A stretch of 64,000 nt of DNA, from NCBI GenBank assembly GCA_963734545.1, contig CAVTHO010000010.1, forward strand, positions 1 through 64,000, read 5' to 3'. A program made the translations under genes and the position numbers. A model generated the notes under the pieces. The model was not told the DNA's origin. It saw nothing but the letters and a program-made list of their open reading frames with translations, and made no database searches. This DNA comes from an uncultured Spirochaetota bacterium (GTDB taxonomy: Bacteria; Spirochaetota; Spirochaetia; SZUA-6; Fen-1364). The number at the start of each line of letters is the position of its first letter. Positions within the stretch are counted from its first letter, which is position 1. This document shows, one piece after another, positions 10,055 through 19,613 of this stretch.

Positions 10055-10990
10055 ATGCAATACGTTTTCATATTCCTGCTCATTTCCTCTCTTTCAGTCG
10101 GCATTTTGACCAATGTTCTCGCCTTCGCGGTCTTCTTTCGAAAGAAGTCCGCCCTGGAAGGGCTCTTTCTCGCGTTCCTCACCTTCTTCACCCTGCGCAT
10201 GGTTGCCGATACCGTCATGTTCTACGTCCTCCCCCTTCTCCCCTCATCAGACACCCCGCTCTATGTCCTGCTGCTGGCCGGCCGCGCGACGATGGCGGGG
10301 ACGGTCGTCTTCATCACTCTTTTCATGCACAAACTGACGGATACCTTCCAGTCACGGAAAAGCCGCCGCGTCCTGTATGCGCTCTGTGCCGCTCTTTCCC
10401 TGTTCTTCATACTCCACTTCATAATCAGCCGCGCGCAGAAGCCGCCGACCATGAAGGATCTCAACGCGTTTTCTCTCGTGGATTTTTCATTTTTCATTCT
10501 GCCCTTGTACCCCATAGCGGTCTTTTTCCTGTTTTCGCGGAGAATCAAGAACGTCACCCTGCATGGAATGATCCGCAGTTTCGTCATCATGCTTCTCCTC
10601 ACATTCCCCGCGCTGATAGTGGAAGACATATTGGGAAGCTTCTCGATCGTCTTCGATTTTGCGCGCGACAATCCCGTTCACATGCGGTTGTTTCCCGCCA
10701 TCTACCTCATGATCTATCTCTTCCTCCTGTATCATGGCCTGAAGAACGTCGTCCTCGAGAAAAGGCTTTCCCATACGCCGCACCGGATCAGCGTGGCCTT
10801 CATTGCCCGCTTCGGCATCACGGAGCGGGAACAGCAGATCATCGCCCTCATGATCGAAGGAGCCAGCAACAAGGAGATCGGCAGGACGCTCTTTATTTCT
10901 GCCGCCACAGTCAGGAACCATATCCACAATGTTTTCCAAAAGACAGATGCGACCAATCGCGTGGAGCTGATCCGCATAGCGGCCTCATAG
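10055..10990 (+). CDS. Membrane-bound LuxR-family transcriptional regulator
   Basis: About 7 hydrophobic helices then ITEREQQII..GASNKEIGRTLFISAATVRNHIHNVFQK HTH. Confidence 0.9.
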   Translation: MQYVFIFLLISSLSVGILTNVLAFAVFFRKKSALEGLFLAFLTFFTLRMVADTVMFYVLPLLPSSDTPLYVLLLAGRATMAGTVVFITLFMHKLTDTFQSRKSRRVLYALCAALSLFFILHFIISRAQKPPTMKDLNAFSLVDFSFFILPLYPIAVFFLFSRRIKNVTLHGMIRSFVIMLLLTFPALIVEDILGSFSIVFDFARDNPVHMRLFPAIYLMIYLFLLYHGLKNVVLEKRLSHTPHRISVAFIARFGITEREQQIIALMIEGASNKEIGRTLFISAATVRNHIHNVFQKTDATNRVELIRIAAS

Positions 10991-11040
10991 AACAATCGTT
11001 CTATTCCTCCCTTTCCCGCAAAATGGAACATTCATTCTAT
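10987..11040. promoter_or_regulatory. Tandem palindromic operator pair
   Basis: ATAGAAC-AATC-GTTCTAT (10987-11004, perfect 7-bp arms) and ATGGAACATTCATTCTAT (11023-11040), 36-bp period. Confidence 0.6.
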
Positions 11041-11074
11041 TCTCCCGGCCGGTGAAAGGGGCTATCTGTTCATC

Positions 11075-12199
11075 ATGCAGAATCTCAGAACCGCTTTCCT
11101 CATTGTCTTCTTCATCCATGCCCTCTCCCCGTTCGCCTTCGGCGGGAATTCGTCCCGGAGGGACCCTTTCCTTTTCGATGCTGAATTCGACTGGATCGGC
11201 CTCGGAGCCAGGATAGGATACAAGGGACTGAACCTTTCCCCGTTCACGGACACTGTCCTCTTTCTCACGCTCGGCGGCGCCTACGATACCTACGGATACT
11301 TCAGAACTCCCCTTGACCTGCCCTACGACGGCACGCTGCCGGGCTACGATAATGCAAAAGCCCCGCTTTTTTCCCGTTTGACGGTCCGGTCGGGGCTGGA
11401 GCTCGTCCAGGGACTTCTCTGGAACGAGCGGGACCAGAGCAACAAGCTGGAGCTCTTCCTTGCCTGCAAATCGCGTTACGAGGAGAACAGGGAGGACTCG
11501 GGCACGCACCAGCTTCTTTTTGACTCGCACCTCCCCGACCGCGATCAGATCCTGCAGAACTCGGTATTCCTGGGGCTGGAATGGAAGGACATCAACCGGA
11601 GAAGCCCCCACCGCCTGTTGTCGGGGCTCGGCGCGGAAACATCGGTCGAATGGGGGCCGCTGGGATTCTTCAATAACCTGATCGGCCGGGCGGACTTTGC
11701 GCGCTTCAACCTTTCCGCGCGCGGCTTTCTGCCGCTGTTCGACAGAGACCCGGGATCCACGATGAATTCACTCTCGGCCTGCATGGGTCTTTACGTTGCC
11801 TTTGACTACATAGTCGGAGGCAGCATACCGCTCAACGTTCGCGAGACCTTCGGCGGGAGGTTTCCCCGCAAAGGGCTGGGCTACGCCGTGCGCGGTCTTG
11901 AGGACTGCCGGTTCGACACCCCGTTGAAGGCCGTTGCCAATTGGGAAGTCCGCCTGAATCTGCCCGCCATTGCCGATCCGGCTCTCATTCCCGGGCTCCT
12001 CTATTTCGTCGACGGCGGGTATTACAACTTCATGAGCACTCCCGACTCGGGATTCGTCTTCTCGACAGGCGGGGGAATCTTTCTTTCACTGTTCGATGTC
12101 TTCAATCTTACTTTCACGACGCAGTTTCTCTTGAACACGACAAGAGTGACAGGCGGGCATTGGGCTCCCTTTTTCTTCACATTTATTTTCCATTTCTGA
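11075..12199 (+). CDS. Putative outer-membrane beta-barrel (Omp85/BamA-surface-antigen-like, no POTRA)
   Basis: Signal peptide, amphipathic strands, GYAVRG..WEVRL..FVDGG, C-terminal Phe. Confidence 0.6.
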   Translation: MQNLRTAFLIVFFIHALSPFAFGGNSSRRDPFLFDAEFDWIGLGARIGYKGLNLSPFTDTVLFLTLGGAYDTYGYFRTPLDLPYDGTLPGYDNAKAPLFSRLTVRSGLELVQGLLWNERDQSNKLELFLACKSRYEENREDSGTHQLLFDSHLPDRDQILQNSVFLGLEWKDINRRSPHRLLSGLGAETSVEWGPLGFFNNLIGRADFARFNLSARGFLPLFDRDPGSTMNSLSACMGLYVAFDYIVGGSIPLNVRETFGGRFPRKGLGYAVRGLEDCRFDTPLKAVANWEVRLNLPAIADPALIPGLLYFVDGGYYNFMSTPDSGFVFSTGGGIFLSLFDVFNLTFTTQFLLNTTRVTGGHWAPFFFTFIFHF

Positions 12200-12216
12200 T
12201 TTCACGGAGGCGTTCG

Positions 12217-12885
12217 ATGAAAAGGCTTTTTCTGCTTGTGATTCTTCCGACCTTGTGCGCCGGTCTGTGGGGGGATGAGGTCTTCACCTACCGGATGCAG
12301 AAGGAAAAGGAGGTCGATACTCTCACGATAGCCGTGGCACGGACGGAGGATGGCTACACCGTCAGGGAATCCCAGGACCAGGGGAACGAGGAACGGACAA
12401 TTGAAACAGATGCGTCCTATTCGGCTCGCACCTTTCACTTCCGCAGCGTCTTGAACGGCACCGACTACAAAGCCGAGCGCGCGGGCAACAGAATCTCGGT
12501 CACCGGCATGCTCAATAACCGGATGCTCAAGCGGGAGTTTTCGGTGAATGAGGAACCCTGGTATCAATCCCTGGAACAGGCTCTCGGCAACTTCTCCACG
12601 GGTGCCCCGGGCAGCATCAAATTCTGGTTTCTCAGCGCGGATGACTGCGAAATCCATGAAATGGAGGCTGCTTCTGCCGGCACGGAAAGCATCACCGCCG
12701 CGGACGCCGTTGTGCCGGCGCGGAAAATCAAGGTCAATCTCACCGGATTTGCTTCACTGTTCTGGAGCGCGGTCTATTGGTTTGGAGCACCGGACAACTC
12801 TTCCCTGCGCTATGAGACCACCGAAGGCCCCGGCGGTCCGAGGCTCGTCATCCAGCTTGTTTCAAAGGTATCAACGCATGAATAG
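12217..12885 (+). CDS. Secreted beta-rich hypothetical protein
   Basis: GGAGG RBS; MKRLFLLVILPTLCAGLWG signal peptide; overlaps next gene. Confidence 0.7.
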   Translation: MKRLFLLVILPTLCAGLWGDEVFTYRMQKEKEVDTLTIAVARTEDGYTVRESQDQGNEERTIETDASYSARTFHFRSVLNGTDYKAERAGNRISVTGMLNNRMLKREFSVNEEPWYQSLEQALGNFSTGAPGSIKFWFLSADDCEIHEMEAASAGTESITAADAVVPARKIKVNLTGFASLFWSAVYWFGAPDNSSLRYETTEGPGGPRLVIQLVSKVSTHE

Positions 12886-13636
12886 GCGCCAGACTTTCGT
12901 CCTGATTTTCCTGCTGATCCTGCCTGTGCCGGCGGTCTTCGCCATGACGCCGGAAGAGGTGCGTGCCCTGGTGGAGAGGGTGGATGGGAATTCCGCACCC
13001 CTTCAATACGAGTCGGACCTGGCCATAAGAAACTACGGGCCCGGCGGGAGCCTGACGGAGCAGCAGGCCCATGTGCTCAGGAAAGGGGACAAGGTCCTCA
13101 TCGCCATTATCGCCCCCGCCATCCAGAGGGGGCAGGCAGTCATCAGGAATGAGGATGACATGTGGATGTACCTGCCCAATTCGGGCAAGGTGCTTCGCAT
13201 CGGGGCCAAGGAGCAGTCCATGGGAGGCGAGGCCTCCAATACGGACCTGCTGCGCGTCGATCTGGCAAAAGATTATGTCGGCGCGTACGTGGGAGAAGAA
13301 AACATGGACGGCGTTCGCTGCTACGAACTGGATCTGCGGGCAAAAGACCGCACCATTGCCTATGACAGGGTCGTCTACTGGGTGAGCAAAGACAAAGAGC
13401 TCCCCGTGAAGAGGGAGTTCTACTCCCTTTCCGGGAGACTGCTGAAAACAATGTATTTCAGGGATCTGAAGAGCTACCAGGGGAGAACGCGGCCTTCTTT
13501 CATCCTGATCCAGAACGAGAAGAATCCGCTCTACAAGACGGAAATCACGCTCATGGACATGATCGAGGTCACCCGGCTCCAGGATTTCATGTTCACCCCC
13601 TCATACGCCCAGCGGGGAATCTTTGGAAACCGCTAG
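12878..13636 (+). CDS. Outer membrane lipoprotein-sorting protein (LolA-like)
   Basis: DDMWMYLP..RIG..SMGGEASNTDL, AYDRVVYWV, EFYSLSGRLLKT family motifs. Confidence 0.85.
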   Translation: MNRRQTFVLIFLLILPVPAVFAMTPEEVRALVERVDGNSAPLQYESDLAIRNYGPGGSLTEQQAHVLRKGDKVLIAIIAPAIQRGQAVIRNEDDMWMYLPNSGKVLRIGAKEQSMGGEASNTDLLRVDLAKDYVGAYVGEENMDGVRCYELDLRAKDRTIAYDRVVYWVSKDKELPVKREFYSLSGRLLKTMYFRDLKSYQGRTRPSFILIQNEKNPLYKTEITLMDMIEVTRLQDFMFTPSYAQRGIFGNR

Positions 13637-13675
13637 CGTGAGCCGGCGCAGTCGCAGCGGCAAGGAGAGAACGAT

Positions 13676-14362
13676 ATGGCAACCATACGGGTTGTAGAAT
13701 TGAAGAAAGACTACGAGCTGGGCAAGACCAGGGTCCCGGCACTGCAAGGCGTTACTATTTCAATCGACACGGGGGAGTTCGTCACGATAGCGGGCCCGTC
13801 AGGGAGCGGTAAATCCACGCTCCTCAACCTCATCGGCTGCCTGGACTACCCGACATCCGGTGAAGTCTGGATAGGAGACATCCGGGTGAGCTCTCTCAGC
13901 GAGGGCCGGCTCAACAGGATCCGCCTGCGTACCATCGGCTTCATTTTCCAGTCCTTCAACCTCATTCCGGTGCTGAACGTATACGAAAACATCGAGCTGC
14001 CGCTGCTCATTCATCCTGACATATCCTCCGCTGAGCGGAAAAACAGGGTCGAAGCCTTGATCGATGCCGTGGGCCTCTCTCCGCAGCGAAAGCAAAAGCC
14101 CGCGGAGCTCTCCGGAGGTCAGAGACAGCGCGTTGCAGTGGCCCGCGCCCTTGTCACCAAACCGGACATCGTGCTCGCGGATGAGCCCACGGCGAACCTG
14201 GATTCACGGACCGGAGTCGAGATCATCGATCTCATGCACGGCATCAACAGGAGCGACTCCACCTCCTTCGTCTTTTCCACCCATGATCCGAAAATCATCC
14301 AGCGCGCCGACAAGGTGTACTATCTCCAGGACGGCCGCCTGACGAGCGAGCGCCAGTCATGA
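13676..14362 (+). CDS. ABC transporter ATP-binding protein (LolD/MacB-like)
   Basis: GPSGSGKST, LSGGQRQRV, LADEPTANLD, STHD. Confidence 0.95.
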   Translation: MATIRVVELKKDYELGKTRVPALQGVTISIDTGEFVTIAGPSGSGKSTLLNLIGCLDYPTSGEVWIGDIRVSSLSEGRLNRIRLRTIGFIFQSFNLIPVLNVYENIELPLLIHPDISSAERKNRVEALIDAVGLSPQRKQKPAELSGGQRQRVAVARALVTKPDIVLADEPTANLDSRTGVEIIDLMHGINRSDSTSFVFSTHDPKIIQRADKVYYLQDGRLTSERQS

Positions 14363-15651
14363 AGCTGTTCCTGTTTGCCTTGAAAAACGCGCTGCGAAGC
14401 TGGTGGCGCACTTTGATTCTGGGAATATTCATCTTCCTGATCGGTTTTATCTCGATATTCATCGGCGCGTTCAGCTTCACAATCCGAAGTCAAATGGAAG
14501 ACGCCATCATCAACGGACTGAGCGGACACGTTCAGATACGCGCGGGGGACTCGGAGAACGACGATTTTGCCCAGCAGCTGAAAAGCCGCTGGAAGGGCGC
14601 CGCTTTTCTGAGCGCTGCACAGCTGAAGGCGGTCGGAAGCGTCCTGCGCGCGCACCCTGATTCAGGGACTGCCACTCCGCGCGTGCGGCACGGAGGCCAG
14701 TTCATATCGGACAAGGACAAGGCTTCCTCCCTCATCATCGGGCTGGATCCGGAGAGCGCGAACTATCGAGACGCCCTGATCCTCGTGCAAGGCAGAATGC
14801 TCGACCCGCACGGCAGCCATGAAATAGTGATCGCCGAATCCCTGGCGGAGAAGCTGCGGGTGAAGGCGGGGGACACGATCGGCGTCCTCTGCCGGACCAG
14901 GGACGGGTATGCAATCGACGCCGCGGTGACGGTAGTGGGGATCGTGCAATACCGCATGCTCTCCCTGTTTGCCTTTTCAGCAGTGTACACGGACATCGAT
15001 ACGGCGCGTGAGCTGATCGGCTACTCCAACGGCGAAGTGACGGACGTCATCCTCTATCTGAAAGACAAGGACAAATCTCAGGCAGTGTACCGCGAGCTGC
15101 TGTCGGCATTCCGGAACGCCGGCGTGCAGGTCGTGACCGGGGAAGAGAAGCCGATGACGGCAGAGGGAATCCGGTTGTCCACCTACACGAGCATGGGGGG
15201 ATTCTTCGTGGGAGTGGTGTCGGGATTCATTCTCGTCTTTTACGTGCTTCTCGTCCTCATGCTTCTCATCGTGAGCATCCTCATCAGCAACCTCATCTTC
15301 ATGATGGGCATCGAGCGCTACAAGGAAATCGGCACGCTGCGCGCCATCGGCTTCTCGAAATTCGAGACAATCAGGATTTTCATGACGGAAATATTCTGCG
15401 TCGCGGGCTTTTTCGGCCTCCTGGGCATTCTTGCGGCAACGGCGCTCAACATCTATTTCAGCATTGCCGGTATGCCCTCGCCCTCCGCGGCCACCGATTT
15501 CATCATGGGAAAAAGGCTGTTGTTCCGGATCGACTACGCGCACATCCTCGTCACGCTCGGGCTTCTCTTCGGGTTCACATTCCTCGCCTCCTTTCTCCCC
15601 GCCTACAAGGCCTGTTCCTTGAGGCCGGTGGAGATACTCAAAGACACATGA
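14359..15651 (+). CDS. FtsX/LolE-like ABC permease
   Basis: N-terminal TM, large periplasmic domain, ERYKEIGTLRAIG. Confidence 0.9.
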   Translation: MKLFLFALKNALRSWWRTLILGIFIFLIGFISIFIGAFSFTIRSQMEDAIINGLSGHVQIRAGDSENDDFAQQLKSRWKGAAFLSAAQLKAVGSVLRAHPDSGTATPRVRHGGQFISDKDKASSLIIGLDPESANYRDALILVQGRMLDPHGSHEIVIAESLAEKLRVKAGDTIGVLCRTRDGYAIDAAVTVVGIVQYRMLSLFAFSAVYTDIDTARELIGYSNGEVTDVILYLKDKDKSQAVYRELLSAFRNAGVQVVTGEEKPMTAEGIRLSTYTSMGGFFVGVVSGFILVFYVLLVLMLLIVSILISNLIFMMGIERYKEIGTLRAIGFSKFETIRIFMTEIFCVAGFFGLLGILAATALNIYFSIAGMPSPSAATDFIMGKRLLFRIDYAHILVTLGLLFGFTFLASFLPAYKACSLRPVEILKDT

Positions 15652-15673
15652 ATCACGATCCAGGAGGACCCTG

Positions 15674-17029
15674 ATGAGAAAGCTCGTCCAGATCGCCTTC
15701 CGCAATGTCATCAAAAACAGGAAGAGATCCCTGTTCATCGGGACGGCCATATTCATATCCTGCCTGATCCTCCTGATAAGCGATGCGTTCGGCAATGGCA
15801 CGGCGGCCGCCATTACGAACGAATACTACTACCAGCAGGCCGGAGACGTCGTCTTGCTCTGGCAAAAAGCCCTGGAAATCCCGAAAGACAGCCCGTCAAG
15901 GATCTATCTCTCACAATTCGAGGCTGAAAAGGCCACGGAGAACAAGAGAGCGCTTGCCGGTGCGAGTGAGTTTCTGCGCCGGCATGAACCTGAGATCAAG
16001 AATGCTTTCGCGGTAGTCAGGCGCAGTGCGACTGTGGCCATGGCGGAGGACAATATCGACGTGAACGTCTATGGACTCGGCAGGGATGAGTGGCTGTTCC
16101 TGGAGCCCAAAAAGACCGTCACACTCGAAGAAGGCGCGTTCGAAGCCGCACCGGATTCATCCGTCGCTGTCAGCCGTCTCATCGCGGACGCCGGCAATCT
16201 CAAGGTCGGCGATTGGATAACACTCGAGGTGACGACGGCGTACGGGGTGAAGAACTCGCTGGACTACAGGATCTCGGGAATCTACAAGAACGGTGTTCCC
16301 TGGAACAATGACTACATCTACATGTCGGCCGCGGATGCGCGGCTTCTCTATGATTTCGATCCTGAGGACTTCGATTCAATGCGGATCTATCTCGACGACC
16401 CGGCCGCGCGGGGGGCTTTTGCGCGTGACCTGAACGCGTCTCCCGGCCTCGAATCCAGGGTGCTGCAGGCGCTCGAGGGCCCGGAGGCGAGCTCTTTTTT
16501 CACCCGGCAGGCTGAATTCTTCAAGACCATATTCACCTTTTTCGTCATATTCCTGATCGCGATCATAGGGTTCGGGATTCGCGCAACGGTGAGAATGAAC
16601 CTGTTCGAGCGGATGGGCGAATTCGGCACTCTGCGCGCAATGGGCTGCAACAGAATACAGATATTCTTCATCATCTCGTGCGAGATCTTTCTCCTGGCGC
16701 TCTTTGCGCTCCTGTGCGCGGCTGCAATCTCGACCGTCATTCTGCTCCTGGTCAGCCGAACCGGGATCCACGTCGGATCTGGAGCTGCGAGCTACCTGTT
16801 CGGGGGCGAGTACCTCTACCCCCTGTTCAAGCTCAAGGACGCGCTCCTTGCATTGGGGATCATCCTGATCCTGTCCCTCATGGCGCCTTTCAAGCCGGCA
16901 ATGAAGCTTTCGTGGCAGAAAATAAGCGATGTCCTCAGGAAACGTCAGGAACGCAGCCCGCTGACAATCATGCTGCTGAGAAATATCTCACGCAGGATGC
17001 GGTCCCCCGCAAAGGATCCCTTGTCATGA
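15674..17029 (+). CDS. FtsX/LolE-like ABC permease
   Basis: IAFRNVIKNRKRS, ERMGEFGTLRAMG. Confidence 0.9.
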   Translation: MRKLVQIAFRNVIKNRKRSLFIGTAIFISCLILLISDAFGNGTAAAITNEYYYQQAGDVVLLWQKALEIPKDSPSRIYLSQFEAEKATENKRALAGASEFLRRHEPEIKNAFAVVRRSATVAMAEDNIDVNVYGLGRDEWLFLEPKKTVTLEEGAFEAAPDSSVAVSRLIADAGNLKVGDWITLEVTTAYGVKNSLDYRISGIYKNGVPWNNDYIYMSAADARLLYDFDPEDFDSMRIYLDDPAARGAFARDLNASPGLESRVLQALEGPEASSFFTRQAEFFKTIFTFFVIFLIAIIGFGIRATVRMNLFERMGEFGTLRAMGCNRIQIFFIISCEIFLLALFALLCAAAISTVILLLVSRTGIHVGSGAASYLFGGEYLYPLFKLKDALLALGIILILSLMAPFKPAMKLSWQKISDVLRKRQERSPLTIMLLRNISRRMRSPAKDPLS

Positions 17030-18237
17030 GAAGTGCATGCATAATCGTTTTCTGGGCGGCGATTCTGGCCCCCGTGTTCGCCGAAAACATTTCAACGTAT
17101 GGCACTGTCGAAGGGAAGGTCAGTTTCGATTCTCTTCGGAAGGACTCTCCCCTGCACGCAGGCACGGCAGGGGACTACCTCCTCGACAACACCCTTTTGC
17201 TGAATGCCAATACAAAGCTGCCGGCGGGCAAGGGGGCCTTTGCGGCAATCAACGCGGACGTGCTTGTGCAGGCGCTGATGGGGAGTCAAGACAACCAGGA
17301 GCTGCAGACAGTCTCCCCGACTCTCAACGAAGCCTACCTCAGTGTGCCTCTTGCCGATTTTCTCATTTTTTCGCTCGGCAAGAAGCGCATTGTCTGGGGC
17401 ACCGGGTTGTCCTACAATCCAGCCGACTTCATCAATCCCCCCAAGGACCCGCTCAATCCGCGGCTGGAAAAGCGCGGCGTCCCGTGCGCTCAGCTCGAGC
17501 TTTTCACCGACTGGCTGAGCGTGACCCAGGCGGTGGTTCTCTACGACCAGCTCGATCATTTCGGCTATGGCACAAAGCTCTCCACCTCACGGCTGATTCC
17601 CTCCACGGACATCTCTCTCATCTCTTATTATTCGGCTCGCGCGCAATTCAACCTCGGAGCCTCCATCGATTCGACGCCCTTCGGGGGGGTCCCGGTACTG
17701 GAAAACCTCGCGCTCCATGCCGAAGCAGGCTTCTCTCAGGGCTCGGAGCGCCTCGTGTACGATGAGGCCATGCTTCTTCTTGCCGTGCGCGAGTCACGTG
17801 CTGACTTCTATAAGAGCTTCCTGACCGGACTGCGCTATACCATCCCCGGCTGGGAGACGCTCATCACTGCCGAGTACTTCCATATCGATGACGGGTACAG
17901 CCCTGCCGAGCTCGGCGCGATCCTGGACCATGGGCTCGCCGCAGAGATGGACTATGAACCGGGTCTCATGTGCCGCAACAACCTGATGATTTCGATCATG
18001 CAGCCGCAGCTTACCGAGCGTTTCAATGCCTTTACAGATGCCCTCAGCGTTTCCGCCGCGATGCTTCTCAACCTCGAGGACGCGAGCTGCGTCATCACGG
18101 CGAGGATCGAAAGCTCCGTAATCGCCGACTGCCTGTTCGCGCTGGAAGCCGGATACTTTGCCGGCGGACGCGGCACGGAATACCGAATTTCCCCCAGGGA
18201 ATACTATGTCGCGTTTTCTGCAACTGTCGGGTTTTAG
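17026..18237 (+). CDS. Putative outer-membrane beta-barrel protein
   Basis: Signal peptide; LNEAY..GKKRIVWGTG..NPADFINP motif; C-terminal VGF. Confidence 0.7.
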   Translation: MRSACIIVFWAAILAPVFAENISTYGTVEGKVSFDSLRKDSPLHAGTAGDYLLDNTLLLNANTKLPAGKGAFAAINADVLVQALMGSQDNQELQTVSPTLNEAYLSVPLADFLIFSLGKKRIVWGTGLSYNPADFINPPKDPLNPRLEKRGVPCAQLELFTDWLSVTQAVVLYDQLDHFGYGTKLSTSRLIPSTDISLISYYSARAQFNLGASIDSTPFGGVPVLENLALHAEAGFSQGSERLVYDEAMLLLAVRESRADFYKSFLTGLRYTIPGWETLITAEYFHIDDGYSPAELGAILDHGLAAEMDYEPGLMCRNNLMISIMQPQLTERFNAFTDALSVSAAMLLNLEDASCVITARIESSVIADCLFALEAGYFAGGRGTEYRISPREYYVAFSATVGF

Positions 18238-18241
18238 GCGC

Positions 18242-19567
18242 TCAGCGTCCTTTTCCCCCGATGTCGGTGCCGACTGCCTGTTTCACCGCAAGCTCGCTCA
18301 GCACTGCCCGATACTGCGCCTGGAGACTGCCGAGCTGCGCCCTCTCCAGCGCGGACTGCGCGTCCAGGTATTCGAGGTTGGTCAGCATCCCGAGGTCGTA
18401 CTGAAGCTTCACCACCTGCAGCATCTCCGTAGCCTGGTCGAGCTGCGACTGCGCAATCTGGACCTGCCTGCGGCCGGCATCGGCATCCTGAAGAGACTGC
18501 AGGACCTGCGTGGTGATCGTGCGCTTAACCGCGGCGGTATTCTCCCGGGCCGCGAGCACCTTCTTGTCTGCTTCCTCCAGCGCGTGGACCGCGAGAAACC
18601 CCTGGAAGAGGGGAACGTTCACCTGGACTCCTGCTATCCAGTCGAAGACGAGCGCGTTGATATCGAGGTTGGAGGCCGTCCGGATCCCATTCTTGAACCC
18701 CATCGCGGCGTGCGCGGAGATCGTCGGCAGCGCCCCCGCAACCGCAAGGTTCCGATTCAGCCCCGCGGCATTTTCGGTCTCCACCGCCTGCAGGACTTCG
18801 GGACGGTGCGCCATGGCGGCCGCAATCTGCGCCTGCGCGTCGGGTGGATCGTTCGTCAGGGGGGCAAATCCGCCGCTCAATGAGAATGGTGCCGATTCAT
18901 CCATGTCCAGGAGCTGCTTGAGGGCGATGGACTGCTTCTGGTACTGGTTCTCCGCCTCTATGATCTGGCTTTGCAGAGCTGAGATGCGCACACCCGTGCT
19001 CAGCACGTCATAGCGCGTTGCCGATCCCGTCTGCTCCTTGACCTGGGTGGCCCGCAGATGCTCCTGAAGGTTCTGGAGCTGCTCGTTCAGCGCCTTGATT
19101 TCCTCCTGGAGGAAAAGGACCGTGTAGAAGCCCTGCGCCGCCTGGAAGGCAATAGCGATCCTGATCTGATCCACGCCAATCCGTGCGGCGGAAACCCCGT
19201 TCTCCGCCAGCTTGACTTGCGCGCCCCTCCGGCCGAACTGGAAGATCACCTGCCTGAGCCCTACATTGAAGTCCCAGTTGTTGACGGGGACGAGCGATCC
19301 AAAACCAGGGATGGTCTGGTCCGGCTCGAGCAGAGTGTAGGTCCCTGAGGCGCCGACGCTGGGATAGTACGCGCTCTGCGCCTCCCCCACGCGGGCGCGC
19401 GCAGCCTCGACAGCGGCCGCAGCCTGCTGGATCAGGGGCTGGTTCGCCAGGGCCCGGGCAGTGACCTGCTCGAGCGTGAGGGGGGCCGTATCCTGTGCCG
19501 CCTGCGCGTACAGGGCTGCGCCCAGCGTGAAGAGCATCAGGGCCGTCGCGCATAGTTTTCCGTTCAT
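18242..19567 (-). CDS. tolC: TolC family outer membrane efflux protein
   Basis: LTLEQV..ALANQP, YYPSV, GSATRYDV, YDLGMLTNLEYLDAQ. Confidence 0.9.
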   Translation of the reverse strand: MNGKLCATALMLFTLGAALYAQAAQDTAPLTLEQVTARALANQPLIQQAAAAVEAARARVGEAQSAYYPSVGASGTYTLLEPDQTIPGFGSLVPVNNWDFNVGLRQVIFQFGRRGAQVKLAENGVSAARIGVDQIRIAIAFQAAQGFYTVLFLQEEIKALNEQLQNLQEHLRATQVKEQTGSATRYDVLSTGVRISALQSQIIEAENQYQKQSIALKQLLDMDESAPFSLSGGFAPLTNDPPDAQAQIAAAMAHRPEVLQAVETENAAGLNRNLAVAGALPTISAHAAMGFKNGIRTASNLDINALVFDWIAGVQVNVPLFQGFLAVHALEEADKKVLAARENTAAVKRTITTQVLQSLQDADAGRRQVQIAQSQLDQATEMLQVVKLQYDLGMLTNLEYLDAQSALERAQLGSLQAQYRAVLSELAVKQAVGTDIGGKGR

Positions 19568-19613
19568 CGTGCACCTCGTTGCAGCGCGGGATTCACGCCG
19601 TGGTGCCGGGGCG

